NCBI GenBank assembly: GCA_051362555.1
Contig: CM120649.1
Coordinates: 3,162,001-3,226,000, forward strand
From: Lingula anatina
Taxonomy: Eukaryota; Animalia; Brachiopoda
DNA: 64,000 nucleotides
Direction: 5' to 3'
Below, in pieces: positions 1-13,185 of the stretch. Both the position numbers and the translations under genes were made by a program. The stretch's first letter is position 1. Each line of letters begins with the position of its first letter. A model generated the notes under the pieces. The model worked only from the letters and a program-made list of their open reading frames with translations, was not told the DNA's origin and did not search any database.

Positions 1-2130
1 ATAATAATAATAATAATAATAAAGATCGATACCACAATGTATTCATCCATAACTACAACATATTATTAAGCAAAAAGTGCAAAATATTATTTTGCTGAAG
101 CTAATTAAATTCAAACATGTCTGACCAATTTTCCCATTTTTTTTCAAAGTTTGTTAAATTTAGCTTTTTTAATGCATTGAATTTTTCTATTATAAATTGA
201 TCCTTTATGTAATTTATGAGTGAAGAAAGACGCATACTTTCTTTCTTTTTGAAACTTTTGTAAATATAAAATTTCGTACAAAGAATAACAAAATTAATTG
301 GGCTGTTTGGGTTTGTTGGATAGCCGAAAAGGATGCATTTTTCATTAAAGGTAATGTTTTTATTCGTTCTGTTAAAGATGTAAGCTTTCAGTTCTTCCCA
401 AATTTTTTTACTATACGCGCATTGGAAGAAAGTATGCGAAATGTCTTCCCCTGCAACACCACAAAGAGAACAGACGTCATCGTTTTCAATCCCTATAGTT
501 TTTAAATATGATTTAACAGGCAGGAGCCTATGTATTATGCGGTATTGGAACCACTGCAGTTTGGTGTTCTTTGTTGTTTCGAAACAGTTCTTATAGACAT
601 CTTTCCAATGTACATCAAAATTTGACTTTGCGTTCCATTTTTTTTCATTTGTCATTCGTGTAGCTGGCTTGTAGAGAGTTTGATAAAAGTCTCTACAGCC
701 TTTACTATGTTTGATAAGAAGCTCTATTGCTTGAGGCAAAAAAGGGTGAGAGGTGATCTCAAGAACATCGTTATGCGTTTTATTCATAAGCCTGTGCTTA
801 ATAGAATTTCGTATACCATAAAATGTAAGCGCACAACAAAGGCTAGATTGTAGGCTAAATTTTTGTTCAAATTCTTCCTTTGTTAAAATTCTGTTACTTT
901 CAAGAAAATCGCTAACAATTTTGACGCCTTTGTTAAACCATTTTCTTATAAACACAGGCTTGCCCCCAATCTTAAAATTATCATTATACCAAATCGGCTC
1001 CACAGATATTATACTTTTTCTTTCTAGTAAGCGTGTTAACACTAATTTCCAGGAAACCAGAACATCTTTCCAAAAACAGTTACTACAATCCTTAATAAGC
1101 TTGTCTAGATACGCATTCCCAAAAGTAAATATATAACTTATTACATCTCGATCAAAAATAGCTTGGAGAAGTGGAGCATATATGTTGTCTGTTTGATAAA
1201 TTCTTCTAATCCAAGTACATTTAAGAGAAGCAATAAAGTCAAATAAATCTAGCATCTTAAGACCACCTTGTTCATAATTACCAGTTATTACACTCCTTTT
1301 CACTTTTTCCGTCTTTTTGCCCCATATAAATTGAAAGAACATTGTGTTTAGTAATTTCATGTATGTTTCATCTGGATTGGGAAGGGAAATGAATAGGTGG
1401 TTTAGCATGGGTACAACCAGGGTTTTCAGTACAGTGATTTTGCCAATGGGCGTCAAAGGTCTCCTTTCCCATTGTTGCAACATTCTTTTAATTTTTACGA
1501 TGTATTGTTCAAAATTAGTTTTTATCATATCCTGCAAATTCAATGTAAATTCAATACCTAACAAATTAAAACTGTCATAAACCCAATTCATCTTCCATCT
1601 TACATGGTGAAACACCTCCTTGCTAAACTTTTTTGCGCCAATCCAAATTAGTTTGGTCTTACTCTTATTTATCGCCAAACCTGATATTTTTGAAAAGAAA
1701 TCAAGTGTATTAAATGCTGCAAGAAATGAGAGTCTGCTGCCGTTGAGAATGAGGGTAGTGTCGTCAGCATATTGTGATATTCTAAATTCTGTATTCTCTA
1801 TCTTTATACCAGTAATATCACTATTATTCTTGATCAGTAACGAAAGTATTTCAGCACATAAAATAAAAATGTACGGGGAGAGGGGGTCACCCTGACGGCA
1901 TCCTCTCGAGATTCTGAAGTACTCGGATAAATGACCGCACTGACTAATGGAGGCGCTGCAGTCGAAATTTAATATCCCAAACCATTTTTTAATAGCGTCA
2001 CCAAAATTAAAGAAGTCTAGTACATTAATTATAAAATCCCAGTCAACCGAATCGAAAGCCTTTTCAAAATCAATCAAAACAAGCAAGCCTGGAATATTTC
2101 GTTTTTCTGTGATGTGCATTAGGTCATAGA
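1..2130 (-). mobile_element. 5'-truncated non-LTR retrotransposon (Tx1/L1 clade LINE) with (TTA)n 3' tail
   Basis: Minus-strand ORF with RT motifs DFEKAFD, RQGDPLSP, QYADD and a C-terminal CSLC..H..FQC zinc knuckle. It starts inside the RT domain with no endonuclease or ORF1. A (TAA)n run at 1-23 is the tail after a short 3' UTR. Confidence 0.9.
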
Positions 2131-2161
2131 AATAGAGAAAAATTTGACCGGGAGGGTTCAT
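101..2161 (-). CDS. LINE ORF2 remnant: reverse transcriptase plus zinc-knuckle domain; the first ~11 aa probably come from flanking DNA
   Basis: Uninterrupted 686-aa frame with canonical non-LTR RT motifs and the Tx1/L1-type C-terminus (LQWFQYRIIHRLLP, CSLC, ISHTFFQC). Confidence 0.85.
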   Translation of the reverse strand: MNPPGQIFLYFYDLMHITEKRNIPGLLVLIDFEKAFDSVDWDFIINVLDFFNFGDAIKKWFGILNFDCSASISQCGHLSEYFRISRGCRQGDPLSPYIFILCAEILSLLIKNNSDITGIKIENTEFRISQYADDTTLILNGSRLSFLAAFNTLDFFSKISGLAINKSKTKLIWIGAKKFSKEVFHHVRWKMNWVYDSFNLLGIEFTLNLQDMIKTNFEQYIVKIKRMLQQWERRPLTPIGKITVLKTLVVPMLNHLFISLPNPDETYMKLLNTMFFQFIWGKKTEKVKRSVITGNYEQGGLKMLDLFDFIASLKCTWIRRIYQTDNIYAPLLQAIFDRDVISYIFTFGNAYLDKLIKDCSNCFWKDVLVSWKLVLTRLLERKSIISVEPIWYNDNFKIGGKPVFIRKWFNKGVKIVSDFLESNRILTKEEFEQKFSLQSSLCCALTFYGIRNSIKHRLMNKTHNDVLEITSHPFLPQAIELLIKHSKGCRDFYQTLYKPATRMTNEKKWNAKSNFDVHWKDVYKNCFETTKNTKLQWFQYRIIHRLLPVKSYLKTIGIENDDVCSLCGVAGEDISHTFFQCAYSKKIWEELKAYIFNRTNKNITFNEKCILFGYPTNPNSPINFVILCTKFYIYKSFKKKESMRLSSLINYIKDQFIIEKFNALKKLNLTNFEKKWENWSDMFEFN

Positions 2162-2547
2162 TTCGATATTACTACTTCAGTACAGTTATGACCCACCATC
2201 AACCATACGTGTCATATCCTACACGCTTCACAATTCATATACAGATCATAAAACCAACCAGTACAATGAGAGGTCCAGGGAAGGGGGGGGGGGGTTGGAC
2301 TCTGGGGGGCATTTGTCCGCCCTCTTCTCCGAACCTTCTCCCTCCCAGCAAAAGGTATTGGAAATGAATAGCGACGAAAGCAAGCATTTCTTTCCATCCA
2401 TGTTTCCATCCTTTGTTGTTACAATTTAATAGTCCTCGTCTACTGTTTTGTATTTGATGAGGAAAAAAATAAAATAAAATAAAATAAAATAAAATAAGAA
2501 AAATAAAAAGATAAATAAATAAAATGAAATATCCTTTAGCTTCCCCT

Positions 2548-2593
<46 letters not shown>

Positions 2594-4199
2594 CAAAATC
2601 ATAACTCAGCCGGTGGTGCATCCATCGTATGTTGCATAGTCTAATTATTAACCATTAAGTGCAACATTAGTTCCTGTAGGCTGTGAATTCTCATGACAGG
2701 AAATAATATCATATTGTTGTAATTATTCGAATACATACCTAACTGGTCACCCGTCTTTGATGCCACCATATTAAATATGAACTGGAAAGGCAGATAAACG
2801 ACAAACCTTCTCAATTAATTACTTATCAAACACGATTCCCGCTGGGAGAATACATTTTAACAATTGTGAAACGCGTCCGGTTGCCTTCGGGTCATGCCAT
2901 TGACGAGCAAAAGTGGCGTTTTGCCTGATGGTCGATGCAGGGTCACGATGACACTAGAAATGGTTTTGTTTGTTAGTTTGTGTTTGCACATGTACATTTT
3001 TCGGATGCTGAGGTACTGGTATAAGTTTTTACACCCAGTTACAATATTTTCTTGTGAGCACTTAGAACAAGTATTGTTCTTTTTACATTTTAAAAGATAA
3101 AATGTTATGATAATAATTTGTAAACTTAGGCATGCAGAAACAGAATCAGTGGAATTTTCTACTTATGCCATCGTCACCCCTTCTCTTTTTCTTTCTGCAT
3201 AGATGGGTTCTTATTATATTGATAGGCTCAATTCTGTAACCAGTTCTGTAGCATAAATGTCATAGCTATAAATTATTTCAAATATATTCTACAACCAACC
3301 TATAGTTGAAAACGTGTATTCACTGCGTCACAATCAGACGCTCAGATATGCTTTTGTCGGACATTTTGGAAATGGGTCACGTGTGTGTGTGTGTGTCACT
3401 AGGTGCTGGTTCCATTTCTAAAAATGCTAGTACATTTATCTGTGTTTGAGCTTTATTTTTTACTATTACATCTTTACTACGCATGCAACATGGTTATTTT
3501 ACACAGTGACACGTACGTGAGTACACAATGCCACTTTAGTTTGCACTTTTTGTCCTAGTATACATTTATTTCTTCATTTCTCGCGCTGTAAGTCTCTAAT
3601 GTAAAAAAAGAAACATTAAGTGGCGCCCTTTTCTAAATCACCCGTTACCTTATTGAATAGAACACAGACAATGTGTTTTTAATGTTTTACAATGAGTTGA
3701 CCACCAGTGATACTGTTGACACTGTGTCCAACGTTTCCTTCACTTCTGTGCGCCTTCTGATCTAGAGCGATCCGAACAGTACCTTGACACTCAGGGTACA
3801 GGACACTTTAACACAACCTGTATGGATATATATGTCTATTTAGTAGCAGGTACCCCAACTCTTTCTTTCTTCGGTTGTGTGCGCCTTCTGAACTACAGCA
3901 CCCTGATACTCGGAGTTAGCTATCTATATTTAGTAGTACATTGTAGGTATCCTTGTAACCTCTCTAGCTTAACAGTCATTAACCCCTCAATGCCTGATAT
4001 TGCTCATTTCTAATCATCTAAAAATATATTACATTCAATCAATGAAAGAATAAATGTATGATGTGCATAAAAAGTAAACGCACACGCACACAAACACACA
4101 CGAAAAAGCTATGAAATCAGGGTGCTATCAAGGCCCTAATTTTTCCATTACAAGTAGCGTAGTACATTATCAAATAACATCAGTGAAGGTTCAATGAAT

Positions 4200-4424
4200 G
4201 CAGTCAGGCCGGTTTTAGTCGCCGTATCCCCGCCTGGGGGCGCCTCAGACCGGTCTTGAATACGGAATTAACAGCCCGAAGTGGCTGAAGCCCTCCCTCT
4301 CGCCGCCTCTGTCTCTCTCAGTTTAACCGCACCTGGTTTTGTTAACAAATTTATTTTTTGTTGATTTGTAGAATCCGGCACCAGTCAGTCGTTCATACCG
4401 AGGACCCACTGTTCCACAAGAAGG
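4200..4424 (+). promoter_or_regulatory. Putative CpG-rich promoter and non-coding first exon ending at a GTAAGT donor (4425)
   Basis: GC/CpG-rich patch at 4200-4310, Inr-like TCAGTT at 4318, ATG-free exon, consensus donor AGG|GTAAGT. The downstream partner exon is inferred. Confidence 0.45.
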
Positions 4425-6770
4425 GTAAGTACTGAAATTATTTTCTGTTCACAATTTCTGCAATATTGTCGCTTATTAAGTTTAGATTTCATAAAAGGTG
4501 TTGAGCTGTCAGACGTAAGATGAAGCGGATTGCACGTTTTATTATACCCACTCACGACAATATGTTCGCGGTAGGCTTTCTACAACCAACATAACCCTGT
4601 TTATAGAGTTTATGAAAAGGGAAGATATACATGTGCAATATTGAGTAACACGGTGCACTGAAGTCTCTAAGCGTGTTTGTGAATCATGTGTCGTGTTACT
4701 CGTTTAAAGCGAGGGGATCCCATTAAACTGACCCTGAAATTGCCACCAGTCGTCATTATAGAAATTCACAAATGCTAATAGGATATTTATCTAAGAGTCG
4801 AAATGATTCGGAATTGGTGTGTTTAGATGTTACTTTCAGTGAACATATGGACAGCAGTTCTTAATTCATTTTGTCCCAGGCAAGCATCTATCGGTCATGG
4901 CACATACGGCTATTTCTGCACCTCATCTTCCAATTATTTTAAAGGCCATTCACATATATCTATGACCGGTCATCAAAACGTTAATGTCCAGTCCTTCTTA
5001 ATGTCTCTACCCTTTAGAGGGTTTAATGTCCTCTTCACCCGTCTGTGGCTTCGCACCTGTGCATTATTTTAAACTTTAATTAGTTTCCTATGAACCTTTT
5101 CAATTAGATGCCTCTATTTTCAAAATTATTCGAAAACAAAGATGTAAATTTAATAATATATAGTAGAAATATAGAAGTGGCGAGATTTTTTGCAGTGAAT
5201 TTCGTATACTAACCCCCCCCCCCAAAAAAAAAAAAAAAAAAGCTGCCCATACTGAGACTGTCTGCCCCCGGGGAGACTTTTCAACAAAACCAGCTAGTTC
5301 AGTTTTTCTGTCTTACGGGTGTCATAAACTGTTGTTATCGTTTGTCTTTTTAAATGTAAGAATACAAAAATCTCCATTATCGATGTAAACTCCAGTTTAA
5401 CGCCCCCGAGGTGAGGGCTGTTATGTCGGCACCTTTGATGTGTAAGGTGATTCATACATGGTGCAAGTTTTTACTTGTAAAAAAGATAACAGCGAACCTT
5501 GTTTCCATGAACTTTTACTCCTTCTGGGAAACGTGGGGATTTATGATTATTTTGTATCTATATACATTGCATTAAAAGCAGGTAAATCTATAGTAAATAT
5601 AAGGTAATCTCCCAGAACCATTCCCTATTGAAGATTTCGGTTACTAAAGTCCGTCTCCGAAGCATCTTTATAGTGCACCACTACACGTACGTGTGTATGT
5701 AGATGTACTTATTATTACATGCAATTGGGACATGTGGCTGTGCACGAAAAATCTTGTTGCTTTATTAGGCCCTATACATAGTATTTGAGAAACAAAATCA
5801 TATCGCGTGCAGTGACCTGACTTTTAAAGACAAGTCTTCATACATGTAGATTCCACTTTTGACTCCGAGTCTTGTGGAGGAGGAGTGAAGAGATGGATAG
5901 CGTGACAGGAGTGCAACTTGGGATGAATATATAATTATACAACCATGCTATATTACTACAGTTCCAAAATTGTTTTCAAGCTCTAGTTAACACGATCGGC
6001 TATCAGACCATAAATAACATAGCTTATCTAGGGTTGTGTGATATTGTACCCTGTTCGCTAACAATTAGGGACGTAGGCACAGAAATGAGATGTCTATTTA
6101 TGTTATTATCGACACTTTGCTGAGAGAGAGAGAGAGAGGGAGAGAGAGAGAGAGAGAGAATGAGAGAGAGAGAGCGCAAACAGATGACAACATAGAATCA
6201 AAAATTCCCCAAATATAACTCTTTTCCTTACTCCACAATCTAGTGCAAATCAGGCCAAAGTAAGATTGAATACAATGTTACAGCACATTCCTTCCAGTCT
6301 CGCGCCTAGCCTTAGCAACAGCCCGTCACCTAGTAACCTTACAGGTGTAACGCGCGCATGCCAGAACTCATTGCATTTTCACCTCGGTCGACCTTACACG
6401 CGCTATAGAGTGGCACTGACCTTACTGGGTCTGACTGGAATTTCCTTGGTTAATTTCATTTCGTCACGGTACATGTGCATATGCAATTTATATATAAAAC
6501 GCCTGGAAAAAGTGAACGAGAGAAAATTTGTCTGTTATTAAATTATTTGTACAAGGTATATATAATTGACTTTAATGGAATATTCGAATATCTTGGGCAT
6601 TGAACTTTATATTAATAAAATCCTAGAAATTTTTAAAAAAGTAGAAAGGCATATTTTTGGTCAAATAAGCATATGCGAGCTCTGTAAGTTAACAGTATAG
6701 TTGTATGGCTCAGATACAGCCAATGGTGTGACTTAGATATTTCATGTTTTACAATTAAAACATTTTTAAG

Positions 6771-6771
<1 letters not shown>

Positions 6772-6851
<80 letters not shown>
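6772..6851. repeat. (TA)n microsatellite
   Basis: About 80 bp of perfect TA repeat. Confidence 0.95.
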
Positions 6852-6854
<3 letters not shown>

Positions 6855-7684
6855 ATCAAAGCAAACTTGCAGGCGGATGGCGGCGACTGAGCATGGACAA
6901 TTTTTCGAAAACGCGTTTGTGAGCAGTTTTGGAAGAATGGAAAACGATTTTAAAAGCGGTCGTTGTTAATGAAGAGAAATATCTCGATAACGATGTCATG
7001 GTGCGTTTTTTATGCAATACTGCACACCTTTAGTTCTACATTCTTTAAGGTGATAAAATATCAATACTTTTAAGCAACAAAAGCCTACTGAAATACTTCA
7101 AATTAAAAACTTGTTAATATTTTGCTTGGAAGTCGTTGTACTGTGTAATGAAATTTTGTCTTTTAAGTGCAGTGATGGGACGTTAAGGAGGAGCCTAATA
7201 TAGAAACGTCAGGTATAATATATTTGACTTAACACATAACATTTTGCAAAATAATGAGTCGTAATTTACCAAATATGATTCAGGCAGTATACGCACACAG
7301 TTAATAAAATACTTGGTAAATCGCCAGAATGCTTGCACCATATAATCAAAAGCAGCGATGTTTAATTCCCACTAAAGACCACCGGCATCTAATCCAGTTT
7401 CAACTTAATACATGAGATCTCTTTCACAAGATCATCTCGAGCGATAATTCAGTGTCACAAGTACCAGTATGGAACGTTCAAGTGGTATCGGTGCACCACT
7501 TACTCTCCATTGTCCTCAATCTTAAGAAGGATAATACTTAGGAGCTATGTCAAGGGGTAATGCAATACACCGACTGCTAGTCCCATCATTGTGATCCTTA
7601 TCGTGAAAATTACTCTTCAGCTCTTTCTTTCATTTGGATCCTACGAGCGCACAAATTTGGCATCGGGGTCAGATGCAGTGTAAC

Positions 7685-7738
7685 CACGTGCTCATTTGAT
7701 CTGATTGATCACGTGTTTATGATATCAGATGTCACGTG
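7685..7738. promoter_or_regulatory. Cluster of three CACGTG E-boxes (candidate enhancer)
   Basis: CACGTG at 7685, 7710 and 7733, spaced 25 and 23 bp. Confidence 0.35.
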
Positions 7739-10700
7739 ATCAGTGTGACAAACTGCGCTGATCTTCTAATACATCAATAATTTAAGTTTTGTGAGATGAA
7801 CTAGTAGTTCTATCTACTCTATAACTGTACTTTGATGCCGTTGAATGGTGTAAAAGATACAAGCATGTATTGTAAAGTAAAATGAAAATTCCAATCAGTA
7901 CTGAATCGAAGAGTGAGGTTACAGGTGCAAATACAGCGGCACACTCGGATGGTAACAATACTCTCACCAAACGCATTTCCAAAACACAATAAACATAAGA
8001 ACCTGCATGACAGTATGTTTGTGATGGAGTTGAAATAACAGCGGTGGCGGGGATATCTTTCACTAGCAAATCATCCTAAAAATTTCCATGATTTTCCATA
8101 TACAAATGGCATACATGGCGTACGGCATGCTTGGTAGTAAAATCACTGGCCATGGATGATTTTTGCATGGACGATAGTAAGGAAGGCTCACTGAATATTT
8201 TCGTTTGAATTCATGCTCCATTAATCGAAAGTTAAACAGATTTGACTTGCATTTTAAAACTTTTTATGGAAAAGTTTATTTTAAAATGCATTTCAGGCGT
8301 TTTGGAGGGTGGGGTGGGGTGGGGGGGGGGAGGCAATTTTAATTATTACCATAGATGTCGTTTTTCGTAGATACCCCCTGCGTGTACAGTGTACGTGGAG
8401 CTAAGCAAGTATTTAAGACATAACAGCCACGGTCGAGGGAAGGGGGCGGGGGGGGGGGGGAGAGAGACTGCTGTAGGTCTTGGTGTTAACAGTAGACCAT
8501 TGAGGAGGTCATTAGTTCGACGACAAGAGGTTGCTTAAAAGAGGAATTGCACTCCGCGTTTCTGCATTACATAGAAATACAGCGAAAAACAAATACATGC
8601 CGTTTTAAAATACTTAAAAGATTGCCGTGCAAAGTGTTTAGAGGACCCTTGGTTTGTTTGAATACTCTTCTGCAAAGGTTACTCGACGGTTCGACATTCA
8701 TAGGCGTCCCAGCGAACACTGACAAACAAACAGCTTCGATCTTTTGCCTCCTTTTCTTCTACATTTCTACCCTTTCTTTCTTGAAGATAATTGATTATTT
8801 GGCAGCGAGGTCACACTTAGATCCATTGCGTGCTCTTTCCCAGGCGAAATAATATAGAAGGTGACAAATTCACACGATTTCACCCCTACACCCAACACGC
8901 CCAATAGTTCCCAAACACAATACCACGCCTTTATAAACCTACTAAAAGCTTTTACAACTCCAAAACCACGAGCAGGTAAATGACACAGACTTTGTTTAGA
9001 ATATATCAAATAGTCTTTTGACCCGTTAAAGGGAAGGGGGGCAACGGTAAACGGTGGATTGGTGCTCATTGCGTAAGAGGATATGGAAAAAAGGGAAATC
9101 AACCGAGGCGGGGACGGGATAACGAGTGGACTGTGATTTGGTGACAGAGTGGAAGACATCGTGGTGTCAGCTGGCGTATATGGGGACAAATTAGCTGTCG
9201 CCTGTTCCCAATTATTTCAGGGGTTTGGTAATACGGTCTTCGCGTGAAAATCGATACTTTAAGAGGGGATATTAAAGGTGAGTTGTACGTGTGATTGATG
9301 AAAGTCTCGGTTAAGAATTTTCGATATGAGGGGAGGTATAACGAATATATACTTATTTACATATAATTTTTTTTTCTTTGGGGGGGGGGGGTGACTCAAT
9401 GTTTCTATATTGTATAATTGCGGTTAACACGTTTTATTTTTCTGAAATATAAGTTAGAAGAGAACGATCTTTGTCCATGCATGTCTCAATTCATAGTTCA
9501 GAAGCCGAAATTAAGCACAGCATAAGCAAAGAAAGATCTCATGGGTACAGTAATAAAATCTTTCGTGTATACTTTGCAACAGAGACAACAGAGCAAGCAA
9601 AATTAAGTCGCTACAACAGTAGGGAAATACACTCCTAGATATTTCTAAAACTAAGCCTTGAATAGATTTTAATATCAAGAACACGAGCGATTCACATTGG
9701 AAATTCCAATTGGAAATGAAAACACCCCAGAAATCAAAACTCATTCCATTTCTGTTTGACCAGCCGTACTGTCTTAGCTCTATCCACACTAAATACTTAA
9801 GTCGTAATTTTTTGTCGATGTCTTCACATTTTTTTTACAAATATTAGGGCGGCTCGATCGAATAAAATGGATCAACTCCAGAAAGCCGTGCCTTTCACTT
9901 TGCTTTCTTAGCTGCAATGTTATCGTGACCTGACGTATTGACTGAATAAACCAAGTCTGACGAAGTCTTTACGCCACGCATGTTATAGAAATAAACCCGA
10001 AAACAATTGTACATATTACAGCGCAGTCTTCTTGTAGAAGGGAATGTTTTACGCTACAGTGAACTCGGATCGATAGTTTCGAAAATGAAGCTTGATCAAC
10101 ATGAATTGCCGGCGGAAATTTGGGTATGGTTTAAAGAATTAATTTTCAGCTCCACATTGTAGAGCGTATTAGGATAAGCTATTTGCTAGACGCACCTAAA
10201 CAGTACAACAATGCCAGTTGATAGAGTTTTACAAAAATTACAAAAAAGACGGAGGCAGACTCGTTCATTGTGGAGATGTTTAATTTACTTATAAAAGGCA
10301 TTCGGGTCATTATAAAAATATGCGTCTAAGGTGAGGGTTGGATTATCGGTTGAGGGGTGTGTACGTGTGTGTGTGTGTGTGTGTGTGCGTGTGTGCGTGT
10401 GTTTGTGGGAGGGAGGGGGAGGGGGCTGTGTGTGTGTGAGGGAGAGGGTGTGGCTGGGTGTAGAGGAGCAGGGGTAGATTACAGGAAATGTGTGACTCAC
10501 AACAGGGGTATGGAGTCTCGTTGTGGGGGGGGGGGGCGAGGAGGGGGGGGGGGAGGATTTTTTTAAGTGCGACAGTGGAAACAAATTAGCCATCCCGTGA
10601 CATGTAAAAAATTAAGGATTGTCACATACGCCCTTGTAAAATTACATTTTTTTCTTAACGCAACAAGCAGTTTTGTCCAGGGTGAAAATAAATGGTTTGT

Positions 10701-11088
10701 CAGATGACCACTGAATGTCCACCGGACCAACCCCCAAAATAATCGCGTGACAGAAAAGTAGTGTCCGAAATGGGGTCAACTCTCCACTGTAATTGGTAAA
10801 CAGGAGTGGTGACCGGTCTTTTTTAACGATACGTATCATATATCACCCATTTAATGGCTCGATGAACATAAAAATTGAAGGAACATCAATAATGGCGGAC
10901 TGGATGAACAGGGATAAGATATCAGCAACCTCCGCTCTCAAACTGTCAAATGGACGCTCACTCACTCACGCGATAATCATGCTCACACGTGTTTGAAACA
11001 AAACAAAAACGCACCCACTTAAGGGCAGCAGAGATAGACTGAAACACACGCAAGGTTGCTTGTTAAACAGCTACATAGACGAGTGAAA

Positions 11089-11127
<39 letters not shown>

Positions 11128-12569
11128 ATGGTAAGACAAATAAAGCAGTAAGGATAAAAAAAATGAATAAATAATTCGATAAATTTGACCATACACCTGA
11201 TTTTTTGTATTGACACAACAAACTTGCATACTATCATGTACTTAATTTGACCTTACAGGGAAAAGTTAAAAAAGAAACGATTGTATCCTATGCGTGACTT
11301 ACAATGCATGATGTACACTGTAGAGCGCATTGATGTTCCGAAGATTGATGTCTTCAGTTCGGGTCACTCCCGCGGTACAAGATGACACGTCTCCAGTAAT
11401 GGAATTGACGTGTTTCACTACTTTCCTCGTGCCCCAGGCCCCCACCGCCTTGGTAATAATAAATTACTGTATTGATTCGCTTGAGAAAATGTAACAGATG
11501 CATCTTAGCTAGTGTATGAAGTTATGCTGGATTTGTATATTGAGCATACTACAAATTCTAGTCTTAGTAGATCGCTGAGAAATGAGTACTATGGGCTCAT
11601 TCCCACAGACATCATCGGCGTACACAGATCGATCCAACTCCGCGGGGGCTGTCGCTGAATGCAATCAGTATAACAGATTTACAGTCTCCTCCTTGCGTTT
11701 AGTGGAATACAGAAAGCTGGTGATTTTAAGAGTACTTTGAAAATAAGAGGAGGCGTGTCATTCAGTTAAGCTGATTGCACTCGGCGAGAGTCTCCGCAGA
11801 GTTGGATCGAACTACGTAGATCGATGGTGGCTATGGGAATGGGGTCTAATATGCTGGTTGAGAACAGCCAATATTCTGCACGTAGATTCCTCACAAAGAT
11901 ACGACCTAATTTCCGTGTGAACTATCAAGGGTAGTATGCAAACTGAAGAGCAGAGGTCGGCCCGTGTGGGGTATGCAAGCAGTTGGCATACAGCTTTTTT
12001 TATGCATTCTGAGGCCACTCACAGCTGCCGTGTTTAGTTTTTTTATCATCCTCTCCGCTTCGTTTACACGTGCACGACCTCGGTCACTGTGTGGCGTTGT
12101 TTCCCGGAGAGTAGCGAATAGTGAACTCGAGATGACATCATTCTGTTAACGTATGGAGGTTAGTGGACGCTCAACACGTTTTTGTCACGGTTTGTAGGCA
12201 TCTTGTGCTCGGGGTTGCACAGTGTAAGCTCGGGGACGTCCAGCTGTGTCGCGAAGACCGAGACGTAACTCCAACCCACAGTGAATAGAACAAATCTTTG
12301 GGCAGTGTCGTCAACGCTGATTGCGACACCAACAGGGGCGACGCCGTACATATTGTTAATGCCCGGAACTCGATTCAATTGAAATGCGACGTCAAGGATA
12401 TAAACACAAAGAAAACTGCATTGCGTGATCAAACTTATGTCTCGTTGGATAAGTTTCTTAGCCAGAGTCTCTTAAAGTGACAGCGACTTCTAGGTAAGAG
12501 GGAGCGGTTTCACAATCAGGTAGTTATATACTGAGGTATCTCCATTAAGGGGTTAAAAGAGACCGGACG

Positions 12570-12850
12570 TGACTTCCGGGCTGTTGGGTAAAGCACTCAA
12601 TGCCCCTTACTGTGCTCTTGATACAAAATCACAGACTTTGTAATTGAAATAGCTGAGGCACCAGAGTGTCTGCAACAATACACGTACCCTGTTGCTGTTA
12701 GGCTTGGCAGTTCTGAGAAAACATTGCCGAGGATAAAGCAATCGGTATAAACTTACTTCCGGGTTTCCGTGTTGCAAGACTTCCAGGTCGTCTACTTGCG
12801 CAACTCGGGTAGCTTATAAAGCTAGACGAGACAGTCAGCAGTTCAGGATA
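12570..12850 (+). promoter_or_regulatory. Putative promoter of the DPGVIIP-repeat gene
   Basis: ACTTCCGG (ETS-type) at 12572 and 12755, palindromic TTGCGCAA (C/EBP-type) at 12796-12803, TATAAA at 12815-12820, Inr-like CAGTTCAG about 25-30 nt downstream. Confidence 0.55.
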
Positions 12851-13185
12851 TTAAAATAGAAACACTACGGTTCAAATTGTCATCTGGACGATTAAGTGTG
12901 ACCAGTGTGAGATTAAGTTGTCAGGGAAATAATTGCGAAAGAATTCGAGATTTTTTGTCAGATTTTTCTATCCCGAATATCGTTACGACGCATTTGCCTG
13001 TTAGAAAAACAAATTGGTGCAAATTAAACGGCTTATAAGGACAGACACTACTCTGAACGTGACACTGCATTTGTGGAAAAGCAGACTCCACGGATTTACA
13101 CATTATCTGAAGAAAAACAAAAAAAGCAACTTGATCGAGTAACAACATTCTGACAAAAGGAGACAAAAAAAACTCAGAAAAGACC

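Noticed and set aside
921-2129. Plus-strand ORFs inside the Tx1 LINE
   Set aside because: Antisense shadows of the RT frame.
2212-2621. ORFs with CVCVCV, ERERER, LSLSLS or YLFIYLF runs, here and at many other sites
   Set aside because: Translations of microsatellites.
2598-2640. tRNA A-box-like ATAACTCAGC (also near 33106)
   Set aside because: No B-box or cloverleaf. At most a decayed SINE head, which I cannot support.
12160-12480. Short ORFs on both strands upstream of the repeat gene
   Set aside because: Non-ATG or weak starts and no domain similarity; more likely regulatory DNA.
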